A stretch of 64,000 nt of DNA from an uncultured Cardiobacteriales bacterium (GCA_964462205.1 CAYWWW010000002.1:71223-135222), one strand, 5' to 3'; shown: positions 44,663 to 54,347, counted from the first letter of the stretch. Program-made: numbers and translations. Notes: generated by a model from the sequence alone, not told the origin.

Positions 44663-45781
44663 ATGCAAGCAAAAATTTTTAATACCGCCGCAAACCGCTC
44701 AGAAAACAGCGCTGAGCGACTTTGGACGCTGGCTGATTTCCATTATGTGTTGCCAGCGCAGTTGATCGCGCAACTGCCGCTGCCGCTGCGTTCGGCCAGC
44801 CGTTTATTGTGTGTAGCGCCTGGCAGCCAAGATTTTTTACACAAAACTATCAAAGACTTGCCTGATCTATTGCAGCCTGGCGACTTGCTTGTTTTCAACG
44901 ACACCAAGGTGCTGCCGGCGCGGTTTTTTATGCAACGGCAATCCGGCGCGGTGCATGAACTGCTGATGGAACGTATCTTGCCAACTACAAAACAATTTTT
45001 AGCCAAAGTCCGTCGTTCCAAAGCCTTGAAAGTCAATGAAGTTTTATCGTTGGTCAATCAGCCAGAAATTTATTTTACGGTTTTGTCGAAAGGCGAAGAC
45101 GGCCTTATCACCTTGCGTTTTGACTGGCCAGCCGCACCAGAGGCGACCTTGCTGGACTTATGCGAAACCTACGGTCTTATGCCTCTGCCTTCTTATATTG
45201 AACGGGCGGCAACGTTGGCCGATCACAGCCGCTACCAGACAGTTTTTGCCAAAAATCCAGGCGCGGTGGCGGCACCGACAGCGAGCTTACATTTCGATGC
45301 CGAACTTTTGGCACAATTGGCGGCAAAGGGCGTGGCGCAAACTTTTGTCACCCTGCATGTGGGTGCTGGCACCTTTACGCCGGTGCGTGTGGCCAATATT
45401 GCCGAACACACCATGCACGCCGAGCGCTTTTTTTTGCCAGAGGCGACGAAAGAATTGATTTTAGAAACAAAAAAACAAGGCCGACGGGTGATCGCCGTCG
45501 GCACCACGGTGCTGCGGACTTTGGAAGGTGCTTACCAGCAAGGCTTTCAGGCTGGTGCTGCCGAAACGACAATTTTTATTTACCCAGGCTTTACTTTTCA
45601 GATGGTGGATGGCTTGTTGACCAATTTTCATCTGCCAGAGTCCACGTTATTGATGCTGGTGGCAGCCTTTGCTGGTTATGAAACCACCATGGCGGCCTAT
45701 CAGGCGGCGATTCAACAAAGCTATCGTTTTTATAGTTACGGCGATGCCATGTTGATTTTGCCAGGTTGCTTTGCTGGATGA
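44663..45781 (+). CDS. queA: S-adenosylmethionine:tRNA ribosyltransferase-isomerase
   Basis: colinear with E. coli QueA as recalled (FHYVLP..RSASRLL, DLLVFNDTKVLPAR, GHMPLP-like MPLPSYIER, VGAGTF, TNFHLPESTLLMLV, FYSYGDAM); start uncertain (ATG 44663 or TTG 44657). Confidence 0.85.
   Translation: MQAKIFNTAANRSENSAERLWTLADFHYVLPAQLIAQLPLPLRSASRLLCVAPGSQDFLHKTIKDLPDLLQPGDLLVFNDTKVLPARFFMQRQSGAVHELLMERILPTTKQFLAKVRRSKALKVNEVLSLVNQPEIYFTVLSKGEDGLITLRFDWPAAPEATLLDLCETYGLMPLPSYIERAATLADHSRYQTVFAKNPGAVAAPTASLHFDAELLAQLAAKGVAQTFVTLHVGAGTFTPVRVANIAEHTMHAERFFLPEATKELILETKKQGRRVIAVGTTVLRTLEGAYQQGFQAGAAETTIFIYPGFTFQMVDGLLTNFHLPESTLLMLVAAFAGYETTMAAYQAAIQQSYRFYSYGDAMLILPGCFAG
45177..45191 (+). repeat. 15-nt copy of the TTATGCCTCTGCCTT repeat inside queA
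   Basis: exact 15-nt match to the copies flanking fbpA; here it encodes LMPLP. Confidence 0.5.
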
Positions 45782-45826
45782 TGGTGAAGGATGGGAATGC
45801 TGTCAATTTCAAAAAATACCATGAGT

Positions 45827-45920
45827 TAAAAATTTTCGCCTAAAAGTTTATCTAAAAGTTTCATTCAAAAAAGTTATCTAAAAAAGTTATCTAAAAAAGT
45901 TATTGAGAGCATCCCAATGC
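45827..45920 (+). promoter_or_regulatory. AT-rich tandem repeat array ending in AGCATCCCAATGC, overlapping the bioF-like start codon
   Basis: units TAAAAGTTTATC / TAAAAGTTTCAT / TCAAAAAAGTTATC / TAAAAAAGTTATC / TAAAAAAGTTATTG then GAGAGCATCCCAATGCG, in which ATG is the bioF-like start. Confidence 0.45.
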
Positions 45921-47053
45921 GCCAACCTGAAACAATTTTAGCCGAAAAGCGCCAAAAACAGCTTTGGCGACAACGCCAAACCCTGACTTCGGCCAATGCT
46001 GCCTGGGTGCAAGTGCAAGGCCGTTGGTTCAGTAACTTCACCAGTAACGATTACTTAGGCTTGGCCTCTCATCCGGCTTTAGCCCAAGCGGCTTATCACG
46101 CCGGTCAGCGCTATGGCTGGGGGAGTGGCGCGTCACCCTTGATTTCCGGTTTTACGGCAGAACATCAAGCACTTGAAGAAGAATTGGCCGATTGGTTAAA
46201 TTATCCAGCGGTTTTATTGTTTAACAGCGGACATGCGGCAAACACCGGAATTTTAAGCAGTTTCCTGGAGCATTCCGATGTGGTCATTGCTGATAAAGCC
46301 ATTCATGCCTCGATGATTGATGGTGTTTTAGCGGCGCAAGCGCGGTTGCTGCGTTTTTCGCATAACGATATTTTGGCGGCGGAAAAACTCCTGCAAACGC
46401 ATCCCGAGGCGCTGTTTTTAAGCGAAGGCGTTTTTAGCATGGATGGCGACAGTCCGCCTTTGGCAGCTTGGCAGGCCAAACTTGTGCAACGGCTGTGGTT
46501 TTTGGATGACGCGCATGGTTTTGGCATTTGGGGGGAGCAAGGGCGCGGAACTTTGTGGCAGCAGAACTTGGCCTTGCGTCCGCCGCTGCTTTTAGGAACT
46601 TTTGGCAAAGCCTTTGGCAGCCACGGGGCATTTATTGCTTGTTCAACAACTTGGCGGGATTTTTTTCTGCATGAAGCCAGGAGTTTGATCTATTCAACGG
46701 CGATGCCAGCGGCGGTGGCAGCAGCGAATCGCCAAGCCTTGAAATTACTGCGGCATGGCGAGGCGCGTCGAGAAAAACTTTTTGAAAATATTGCTGAATT
46801 TCGGGATTATGCCGAAAAAGCCGGCTGGCCGGTAGGAAAAAGTTTTTCAGCGATTCAATGGCTAAATTTACAAACCGCTGAAAAAACTTTAGCAGTTCAA
46901 CAAAAACTTTGGCAATCCGGCATTTGGGTGAGCGCCATTCGTCCGCCGACAGTGCCGCCACAGACGGCGCGGTTGCGGATCAGTTTTTCTAGTTTACATT
47001 CAAGTCAGCAAATTCAAAGACTTTTGCAAGAATTAGATAAAATTCTTGTTTAG
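45917..47053 (+). CDS. bioF: 8-amino-7-oxononanoate synthase-like PLP-dependent alpha-oxoamine synthase
   Basis: 378 aa; FSNFTSNDYLGL, GVFSMDGD, PLP-lysine context TFGKAFG, C-terminal AIRPPTVP..TARLR all parallel E. coli BioF as recalled; no other bio genes adjacent. Confidence 0.65.
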   Translation: MRQPETILAEKRQKQLWRQRQTLTSANAAWVQVQGRWFSNFTSNDYLGLASHPALAQAAYHAGQRYGWGSGASPLISGFTAEHQALEEELADWLNYPAVLLFNSGHAANTGILSSFLEHSDVVIADKAIHASMIDGVLAAQARLLRFSHNDILAAEKLLQTHPEALFLSEGVFSMDGDSPPLAAWQAKLVQRLWFLDDAHGFGIWGEQGRGTLWQQNLALRPPLLLGTFGKAFGSHGAFIACSTTWRDFFLHEARSLIYSTAMPAAVAAANRQALKLLRHGEARREKLFENIAEFRDYAEKAGWPVGKSFSAIQWLNLQTAEKTLAVQQKLWQSGIWVSAIRPPTVPPQTARLRISFSSLHSSQQIQRLLQELDKILV

Positions 47054-48432
47054 AAAGAACGGCTGTAGCCAATACTCAGTTCCAGTTGGTCTTCCATTTG
47101 AATTTCAATGGTCTGCGCTGGGTCTAAAGGATTGTTGCCTTTTACAGCAGTACCTTGTGCATACATCAAAGCAAAATCTAAGGCGCTGTTATTGCCTAAA
47201 CGACGGGTAAAGCCAAAGGTGTAATGGGTTTCAATGGTGGCCGGCGCTAAAATATTGAATAACACTTCGCTTTCTGAAATCGGCTGTTCGGCATAACTAA
47301 AACCAAGGCGATACGTCCACTTATCATTGCGTTGCCATTGGTAGCCGAGTTTATAAACCAAGACATCATCCCAACCAAAGCCTGGGCCGTTACTACCACC
47401 TAAACAGCCACTCCCCGCTGCCGGTGTGCCGGCGAATGGATTGGCCGGTTGGCAACCGGTGAATAAAGGCGCGATAGGGTTAGAAACACTTTTGACTTGA
47501 TTGTAATAAATGCCTTGCACATCAAAAAATAAAATAGCGCGTGGGTTGATGGAAACGGCAATACCAGCATTGAGCACTGGCGGAATGTCGAAATCGCCAC
47601 CATTGGCAAATAAGCCTTGATATTCTTTGAATTTACTCATATTGATTTTGCTTTGATAAGACAAACCAGCGCGTAAACGCGGGGATAATTGTCCTTGCCA
47701 GCCGACGCGCAAGCCAAAACCGGTGCTGTCGTCGTAGTCATTATTGGTTAAATCCTCTGGATTCAAGGAAAAGGGCGCAAAATTGCCCAGTCCTTCGGCC
47801 TTAAAGCGTTGATAAACAAAAACACCGCTAATACCTAAGCCATGATTTTGATTAACGCGGTAAGAGTAGGTCAGCAAGGTGCCAAGCTGCATTAAGTCCA
47901 CACCAGTGCGTCCGGCACCATAAGTTCCTGGTAAATCAAAGAATAAAGGTGCGCCAGTGTTGGGGTCAAAGCCACCGAAAACCGTGGCGGTGCCGCCTTC
48001 ATATTCGCTGTTTAAGCCGCCATTGCCATAAACGCTTAGGGTTAAAGCGGATTTTTGATTGAAGCGTTTATGAATACCAAAGGAGGGAATAAAGAAGTTT
48101 TCGTTATCGCTATCAATGCTTTGCGGTCCAATACTAAAACTCGCTTGACCAGTGTTGGGGTCAAAAAAACGCGAAGGTGTGCCGGTGCTTTGATAATTGC
48201 GGCTCGGCATAAACCAGCTTAAACCGAAATCAAATTGACTTTCATCAATAAAAGCCATGCCGGCATTGTTGGTGGCGGCGGAAAGGCTATCTTGTCCTAA
48301 AGCCGCACCAGCACCGGCCAGGCCTTTTTCTTTAATGCTGTAACTATGTGAAAAATAAGCGTTGGTAGCAAGTACCGAAGCAGAAGCGAGAATAGAAGCC
48401 GTACAAAAAGCCAGCCGAAGCAGTTTTATCAT
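47050..48432 (-). CDS. outer-membrane long-chain fatty acid / hydrophobic compound transporter (FadL/TodX/OmpP1 family)
   Basis: start trimmed to the ATG at 48432 preceded by AGGA; signal peptide MIKLLRLAFCTASILASASVLA; NAGMAF-type N-terminal motif; C-terminal aromatic residue. Confidence 0.7.
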   Translation of the reverse strand: MIKLLRLAFCTASILASASVLATNAYFSHSYSIKEKGLAGAGAALGQDSLSAATNNAGMAFIDESQFDFGLSWFMPSRNYQSTGTPSRFFDPNTGQASFSIGPQSIDSDNENFFIPSFGIHKRFNQKSALTLSVYGNGGLNSEYEGGTATVFGGFDPNTGAPLFFDLPGTYGAGRTGVDLMQLGTLLTYSYRVNQNHGLGISGVFVYQRFKAEGLGNFAPFSLNPEDLTNNDYDDSTGFGLRVGWQGQLSPRLRAGLSYQSKINMSKFKEYQGLFANGGDFDIPPVLNAGIAVSINPRAILFFDVQGIYYNQVKSVSNPIAPLFTGCQPANPFAGTPAAGSGCLGGSNGPGFGWDDVLVYKLGYQWQRNDKWTYRLGFSYAEQPISESEVLFNILAPATIETHYTFGFTRRLGNNSALDFALMYAQGTAVKGNNPLDPAQTIEIQMEDQLELSIGYSRSF

Positions 48433-48561
48433 GATTATTATCCTAGGGTGATGGTAAAAAACCCAGGCATCATGAAACAACGTTAATTTTTTATCAACAA
48501 GAACAATTATTTATTTTGAAATAGTTAAATTATCAATAAATAATATGCCAGGTAAAATTTT

Positions 48562-48837
48562 TTAAGCCTCACTTTGACTGATAAAAGTAGCTAAGGCATT
48601 GACTGCTTCCACGGCATCACCACCAAGTGCTTCAATATCAATATGTTCCTCATATTGTCCAGCAAGTTTCATCAATCCCATAATACTTTTGGCATTGGCG
48701 CGTAACGGCGGTTTACCTAACCAAATTTCTGCTGAAAAGCTGCGCGCTAGTGTGGCAATTTTGGCACAGGGTCGCGCATGAAGACCAAGATGATGTCCAA
48801 TTTTTACCTGTTTTTTCACTAACAGCATGAGGGACAA
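48562..48837 (-). CDS. HPr-family phosphocarrier protein (NPr/PtsO-like)
   Basis: His-15 motif GLHARP; Ser-46 region NAKSIMGLM; last gene of the rpoN-ptsN-rapZ cluster. Confidence 0.75.
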   Translation of the reverse strand: MSLMLLVKKQVKIGHHLGLHARPCAKIATLARSFSAEIWLGKPPLRANAKSIMGLMKLAGQYEEHIDIEALGGDAVEAVNALATFISQSEA

Positions 48838-49259
48838 CAGGAATTATCATCAATGCCATTGCGACCACCGGCCAGTGCCAGATGGCTTAATTGATCGAGG
48901 TCGGTAGGAAAATAATTTAAGACGCGCAAGAGCATGGGTAAATTGACCCCGCTGACTAGACGATAATTTTGCGGATTACCAATTTTTTTGACAATATTAC
49001 AAGGAGTTGCACCATAAATGTCAATTAAAATAAGTGTTTTTTTCTCTTTTAAGAGGGAACTTAGATGTTCAATAAATTCAGGAGAATCATTTTGCATTTG
49101 ATAGGAAATGCAATAAACAGGTATTTGATTTTCACCAAAAATAGTTAAGGCAGTATCAAGAAGCGATTGACCGATTTGGCCATGCGTAATTAAAAGAATT
49201 TGTTGGGTATTATCAACTGCCGTCTGTGCGCTGTGTGGCTTCAGCCAGGTTGTGTGCAT
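48819..49259 (-). CDS. PTS EIIA component, mannose/fructose family
   Basis: 146 aa; N-terminal ILLITHGQIG with His as in EIIA-Man; between rapZ and HPr. Confidence 0.6.
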   Translation of the reverse strand: MHTTWLKPHSAQTAVDNTQQILLITHGQIGQSLLDTALTIFGENQIPVYCISYQMQNDSPEFIEHLSSLLKEKKTLILIDIYGATPCNIVKKIGNPQNYRLVSGVNLPMLLRVLNYFPTDLDQLSHLALAGGRNGIDDNSCCPSCC

Positions 49260-50137
49260 GTTGGTAAATCTCGATGTTGTAATAATAAAGAATAACTTGG
49301 CAGCGCTTGTTTTTGAAAAAACGCAAAAAGTTGTTCAGCCGCATATACCGAGCGATGAAAACCACCGCTGCAACCGTAGGAAACTGTTAATAAAGGTCGT
49401 GCGCTATTATTAAAATGCGGAAGCCAGGTTAATAAAAAATTTTGTAAGTCGCTTAACATTGCCTGCATTTCTGAATTTTCTCTAAAAAAATCCTGTACTT
49501 GCGGACTATTTCCTGGTAAATCACGCAGGTGATCTAACCAGTGTGGATTCGGTAAACAACGGAGATCAAAGATATAATCGCTATCCGCAGGTAAGCCATG
49601 CCGATAAGCAAAAGATTGAAAAACCAAGAGCATTTTTCGGTCTGTCTCAGGAATTAAGCGTTCTCTTAACCAATGGCGCAAATCATGTACGCTCATTTCG
49701 CTAGTATCTAATACTAAATCTGCTATAGATTCAATAGGTTCAAGTGTTTTTTCTTCTAAAGTCAGTGCTTGCGTTAAAGCAATCTGTTGGGTTTGCAAGG
49801 GATGTTTGCGGCGGGTATCGGCATAACGTTGTAAGAGATTTTCGTTTTTAGCGCGTAAAAAAATAGTTAAGATATTTAAGTGCGGGTCTTGCCGTAATTG
49901 TTTCAAAATGTTTGGAAAATTTTCCAGTTCACTTAAACCGCTACGGATGTCAATGCCAATAGCAAAACGCTCTAAATGCAATTTCCGATGAAAATTTTCT
50001 TCACAAAGATGCGCAACGGTCACTGCCAATAAACTTAACGGCAGGTTATCAATACTGTAAAAACCATGATCTTCCAGGGTGCGTAGCGCGGCAGATTTGC
50101 CAGCACCAGATAAGCCACTGATTATAAAAAGCTGCAT
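49241..50137 (-). CDS. rapZ: RNase adapter protein RapZ (YhbJ)
   Basis: 298 aa; N-terminal Walker A GLSGAGKS; conserved position after ptsN. Confidence 0.85.
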   Translation of the reverse strand: MQLFIISGLSGAGKSAALRTLEDHGFYSIDNLPLSLLAVTVAHLCEENFHRKLHLERFAIGIDIRSGLSELENFPNILKQLRQDPHLNILTIFLRAKNENLLQRYADTRRKHPLQTQQIALTQALTLEEKTLEPIESIADLVLDTSEMSVHDLRHWLRERLIPETDRKMLLVFQSFAYRHGLPADSDYIFDLRCLPNPHWLDHLRDLPGNSPQVQDFFRENSEMQAMLSDLQNFLLTWLPHFNNSARPLLTVSYGCSGGFHRSVYAAEQLFAFFQKQALPSYSLLLQHRDLPTCTQPG

Positions 50138-50451
50138 AGAGAATTTCCTGAAGTCAATAAGCCGCTATCCAGATGATAAATATGATCAATAGTCGTGATT
50201 GGCGCACAGTAGGCTGCTGGCAGCTTTTGTAGTGCTCCGTTAAAATAGAGATTTTGCCGATTGGCAAGTCCTGGGTCTAGGCCATAATAACGATCACAAA
50301 ATATAAAAATACCAACTAAATCATCGCTAATCAGTTGTGCACCGCGTTGTAACAGTAACCAACTTAACAGCGTTTTACCACTTTCGGCAGCACCAAGTAG
50401 CAAAATTCCACACCCTTGCCAACGCAGAAGATTGCCATGCCGATAAATCAT
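50122..50451 (-). CDS. mini HPr kinase/phosphorylase-like P-loop protein (truncated HprK core)
   Basis: P-loop region GILLLGAAESGKTLLSWLLLQRGAQLISDD aligns with the HprK Walker A region; only about 109-118 aa fit between ptsN and rapZ; start taken as the ATG at 50451, 2 nt after the ptsN stop. Confidence 0.5.
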   Translation of the reverse strand: MIYRHGNLLRWQGCGILLLGAAESGKTLLSWLLLQRGAQLISDDLVGIFIFCDRYYGLDPGLANRQNLYFNGALQKLPAAYCAPITTIDHIYHLDSGLLTSGNSLCSFL

Positions 50452-50453
50452 CT

Positions 50454-50927
50454 TTAAAAGCAACCGGGACATGGCCATTGTGCAAAGATGGCAAGAATAT
50501 CCACTGGTTTTTCAGTTTGTTCCAAATGCTGACGTTGTTGGCTTTGGCTAAAGCCTTCAGCCAGCGCCGCAAAAATTTTCAAGTGTGCTTGCTGTCCTTC
50601 TGTAGAAGGGACGAGCAGCGCAAAAAATTGTTTGGTTAAGCTGTCATCGGTATCGGAAAAGTCACTGATGCCTGGTAAAACTTTGAGATAGGCACCAAGC
50701 GGTTGCTCTATTTTATCAAGACGCGCATGGGGTAAAGCAATGCCGTGGCCAATACCAGTGCTGCCAAGTTTTTCTCTTTGAAACAAGGCTTTAAGAATAC
50801 TTTCAGAAGATTCGCCACAGCCGCTGCTCAATAATTGACTTAATAATTCTAGGCTGCGTTTTTTGCTAGTAATTTGCGATGAGATGACAATGCGCTCAGG
50901 TAATAATAAATCAGCAATGCTTGTCAT
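50454..50927 (-). CDS. ptsN: PTS IIA-Ntr (nitrogen regulatory protein)
   Basis: 157 aa; phosphorylation-site motif GIGHGIALPHAR; immediately downstream of rpoN. Confidence 0.85.
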   Translation of the reverse strand: MTSIADLLLPERIVISSQITSKKRSLELLSQLLSSGCGESSESILKALFQREKLGSTGIGHGIALPHARLDKIEQPLGAYLKVLPGISDFSDTDDSLTKQFFALLVPSTEGQQAHLKIFAALAEGFSQSQQRQHLEQTEKPVDILAIFAQWPCPGCF

Positions 50928-50956
50928 GATAGTAATTTTTTGAAAATTAAATAATT

Positions 50957-52348
50957 TTAGGGATGTTTGCCTATGGAATCCATACCCGTTCTTTTGCGTA
51001 AATGTGCCGGAGGGATACCTAATTGTTCGCGGTATTTAGCGACGGTACGTCTGGCAATATGGATAGCACTGCCAGCTAAACTTTTTACTAACTGGCTGTC
51101 ACTCAAAGGTTTTTCTGGGTTTTCTTGTTGAATCATCTGACGAATTAAGGCTTGCACGGCGGTGGCGGCATGTTCACTATTTTGTCCGCTGGCATTGGAA
51201 AAAAAGCGACGCAAAGGGAGAAGTCCCCGCGGGGTTAAGAGGTATTTGTTATTGGTTGCCCGCGAAATAGTGGATTCATGAAAGCCAAGCTCTTCAGCAA
51301 TATCCTTTAGAATCAATGGTTTAAGATATTGATCACCATGTAATAAAAAATCCTCCTGATAGCGGATCACGGCTTCGGCAATTTTTAAGAGGGTATCATG
51401 GCGTTGGGAAAGGCTTTGTAAGATACTCCGCGCTTCTTGTAATTGCTGCTTGAGGTAATCTTTTTCACCATGTTTTTTAAGTAACTGAATATAATGTGTA
51501 TTTAAGCGGATATTGGGAAAGGCTTCTTGATTTAAGCGTATCCGCCAGCCTTGATTTTCCGAGGTTAAAACTAAGTCAGGGATGATAATTTCAGCAGCAA
51601 TGCTTTCTTCTATATTTTCTAAAGGGTATGGTCTTAAACTTTGTAACAAACTATAGGCTTGTTGCAAACTTTTCTGACTACAAGCAAACGTTTGCCGCAA
51701 TTTCTGAAATTGTTGTTCTGCCAAGAGTTCGAGGTATTGTGGTTGACAAAGTTGCTCGGCCAAGTGGTGTGCCGGCGTGCGTTTGGCTATAGCGGCCAAT
51801 TGCAAAGCTAAAAAAGCCGAAAAATCATAACAGCCAATGCCCAAGGGTTCTTGCTGCTGCAACCAATTGCGCACTTTAGTGATGTTTTCAGGCAAACAAT
51901 CTATGCCTTGTTGCTGAAAAATTTCTTGAATTTCCTCTAAATGATACGGACAGAAACCCAATTCATCGAGCAATTGAATCAAACCCAAGGCACAGGGTTG
52001 CGAGGCTTCAGGTAAAGCAATTTCTGCTTCTAAAATCAACGCATCACGCCAACTTTGTCCGGGACTGGCTTGGTTGCTTAAAAAATCCTCTTCTTCGTTG
52101 ATCGGTGCAGACAAAAAATTTTCAAAGGGATCAAGGCTTTCTAACTCAATCGGCGTACTTTCTTCTAAATTATCATCACGCATTTCTTCTTCCGCGGTTG
52201 GCTCAACTTCTTCAAGCAAGGCATTACTTTCCAGCGCCGAGGTGAGTTCTTGGCGTAGTTCTAAAGCAGAATACTGAAGAAATTTCAATGTCTTCTGCAA
52301 TTGCGCGGTAAGTGTAGTTTGTGCTTTTTGCTGAATTCCTAGTTGCAC
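50957..52348 (-). CDS. rpoN: RNA polymerase sigma-54 factor
   Basis: 463 aa; C-terminal RpoN box ARRTVAKYRE; acidic region and helix-turn-helix region present. Confidence 0.9.
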   Translation of the reverse strand: MQLGIQQKAQTTLTAQLQKTLKFLQYSALELRQELTSALESNALLEEVEPTAEEEMRDDNLEESTPIELESLDPFENFLSAPINEEEDFLSNQASPGQSWRDALILEAEIALPEASQPCALGLIQLLDELGFCPYHLEEIQEIFQQQGIDCLPENITKVRNWLQQQEPLGIGCYDFSAFLALQLAAIAKRTPAHHLAEQLCQPQYLELLAEQQFQKLRQTFACSQKSLQQAYSLLQSLRPYPLENIEESIAAEIIIPDLVLTSENQGWRIRLNQEAFPNIRLNTHYIQLLKKHGEKDYLKQQLQEARSILQSLSQRHDTLLKIAEAVIRYQEDFLLHGDQYLKPLILKDIAEELGFHESTISRATNNKYLLTPRGLLPLRRFFSNASGQNSEHAATAVQALIRQMIQQENPEKPLSDSQLVKSLAGSAIHIARRTVAKYREQLGIPPAHLRKRTGMDSIGKHP

Positions 52349-52415
52349 GGTTATTCTATCGCTAAAAGAAAAGAAAGTTGTCTATCATACCTGATTTTGC
52401 TTAGTTCTCCACTTT

Positions 52416-53156
52416 CTATAATTGAAAGCGTTCACCTAAGTAATACTGTCGCACCGCTGGATTGACAAGTATTTGTTTTTTATCGCCTTCAGCCAAAATC
52501 CGGCCTTGGTAGAGAATATAACTGTAATCACAAATTGCTAAAGTTTCCCGCACGTTATGATCAGTAATCAAGATGCCGATACCTAAATTCCGCAACCGCC
52601 GAATCCAGCCTTGTAACTGTTCCACTGATAAGGGATCAACAGCGGCAAACGGTTCATCTAAAAGCAAAAATTTCGGTTCTATAGCCAAAGCGCGGGCAAA
52701 TTCTAACCGCCGTTTTTCGCCACCCGATAAACGCTGTGCGCTTTGCTCTTGCAAAGCCAAAAGATCAAAGCGTTCTAATAATAACTGACAGCGTTGCTGT
52801 CGTTTTTCCAAAGAGAGTTTTTTATGATGATTTTCTAAGGCTAACAACAAGTTATCTCTAACACTGAGATCGCGAAATAAAGCACTTTCCTGCGATAAAT
52901 AACCAAGTCCCAGACGCGCCCGCGCATACATGGGCAGATGGCGAATATTTTCGTTGTTAAACGTGAGTTGACCGCTATCCGCTGCTAAAGCACCGATCAA
53001 AATTTTGAAAAAAGTCGTCTTGCCTGCACCATTAGGACCTAATAAACCAATCACTTGCCCGCTTTTTACTTCCAGATGCACTTGATTGAGCAAGGTGCGT
53101 CCGGCCAATTGTTTTACCAATGCCGTCGCCTTGAGTTGATGGATTGCGGCAGCCAT
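52416..53156 (-). CDS. lptB: LPS export ABC transporter ATP-binding protein
   Basis: Walker A GPNGAGKTT, ABC signature LSGGEKRR, Walker B LLLDEP; lptCAB-rpoN synteny. Confidence 0.9.
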   Translation of the reverse strand: MAAAIHQLKATALVKQLAGRTLLNQVHLEVKSGQVIGLLGPNGAGKTTFFKILIGALAADSGQLTFNNENIRHLPMYARARLGLGYLSQESALFRDLSVRDNLLLALENHHKKLSLEKRQQRCQLLLERFDLLALQEQSAQRLSGGEKRRLEFARALAIEPKFLLLDEPFAAVDPLSVEQLQGWIRRLRNLGIGILITDHNVRETLAICDYSYILYQGRILAEGDKKQILVNPAVRQYYLGERFQL

Positions 53157-53662
53157 CAGGGGGTAGCACTTGACTTAGGATAGAGCAGCATCTCAATGCC
53201 GCCTTTACCACTGGCTTTAAGACGACTTTGATTTAAATCATAGGTTAAACTTTGGCTGCGCATCTGATTTTTCCCTTGGGATAATTCGGCATCGCCTTCT
53301 AAAATTAAAAGACCACTATCCAGGCGATAGGATAAACGTTTTGCTTGTCCCTGCCATAGACCATCGTTGCTTTGCTGTTGAAAACGCAGCGGATTTCCAT
53401 TGGCTTCCAAGCGACTTGGCTGTTGATTATCAAAAAAAACGATGACTTTGTCCGCGCTTAAACGAAAACTATCCTGGTTAATTTGCACTTTACCGCTATA
53501 AATAGCTTGATTATTTTTTAAGTCAACTTCTAAACTATCAGCTTTAATTTGAATGACTTGCTGACTGAGAAGTGTATCTTGTCCCTGCGCTAAATTAAAA
53601 CCAAAACTTAAAATACATAACATCAACGGCAAAAAAAATAGCTCTATTGGCTTAAAGCGCAT
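53156..53662 (-). CDS. lptA: LPS transport periplasmic protein LptA
   Basis: 168 aa; signal peptide; OstA-like beta-jellyroll pattern; between lptC and lptB. Confidence 0.8.
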   Translation of the reverse strand: MRFKPIELFFLPLMLCILSFGFNLAQGQDTLLSQQVIQIKADSLEVDLKNNQAIYSGKVQINQDSFRLSADKVIVFFDNQQPSRLEANGNPLRFQQQSNDGLWQGQAKRLSYRLDSGLLILEGDAELSQGKNQMRSQSLTYDLNQSRLKASGKGGIEMLLYPKSSATP

Positions 53663-54301
53663 TTATTTAACTTCCATAGGCATTGGGATGACGGGAGGCA
53701 TTGCTTGCTGGTGGTTTTTATCTAAATAAATCCAGGTTTCTACTTGAGATAAATGCAAGCGCTGCGCTTGATAAAATAAGCCAGCAGCTTGGCCAGCGCT
53801 CATTTTGGCCTGCCAAAAGATTGGATCATTACTTTTGGCCGTGCGATTTTTTAGATCAATAACGAGCGTCTTTAAGTCTAAGACTAAATCTTGCTGTGAA
53901 AGTGCAGCTTGTTCTAAAAACAATTGATTTTCTTTGGAAAAACCAGTTTTTGCCTCTACTGAAAAATCCTGCCATTGCCAGCGCAAATCGAAAAATTCGA
54001 CTGCTGGCGAGGCATCCAAATGCAATTTTTGCACACTTGCCTGTTGTTGCATTGGTAAAAATAGACGATCTTCTCGATCAACTTCTTGATCAATTTCATT
54101 AAAAGTTAAGTCTTTGTTGATTTCTCCTGATGTTTCAGCGTTGGCATAACTACTGACCGTCACTTGATAAAAAGTGCTGGTGGTAAAATTCGGTGAGAGG
54201 TTATCTAAAGATAACTGTGGCGCTTGCTGTCCTATAAACCAGAGAAAAACCAACAGGGTAAGCGACAATAACAACCAAAGACGTAGGCTTAGTTTAAGCA
54301 T
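53663..54301 (-). CDS. lptC: LPS export system protein LptC
   Basis: start trimmed to the ATG at 54301 (MLKLSLRLWLLLSLTLLVFLWF membrane anchor); about 212 aa; position between kdsC and lptA. Confidence 0.7.
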   Translation of the reverse strand: MLKLSLRLWLLLSLTLLVFLWFIGQQAPQLSLDNLSPNFTTSTFYQVTVSSYANAETSGEINKDLTFNEIDQEVDREDRLFLPMQQQASVQKLHLDASPAVEFFDLRWQWQDFSVEAKTGFSKENQLFLEQAALSQQDLVLDLKTLVIDLKNRTAKSNDPIFWQAKMSAGQAAGLFYQAQRLHLSQVETWIYLDKNHQQAMPPVIPMPMEVK

Positions 54302-54347
54302 AAAATGTATTGTTCTCAAACAATGGCCAGGCGATTTATCTGCATCA

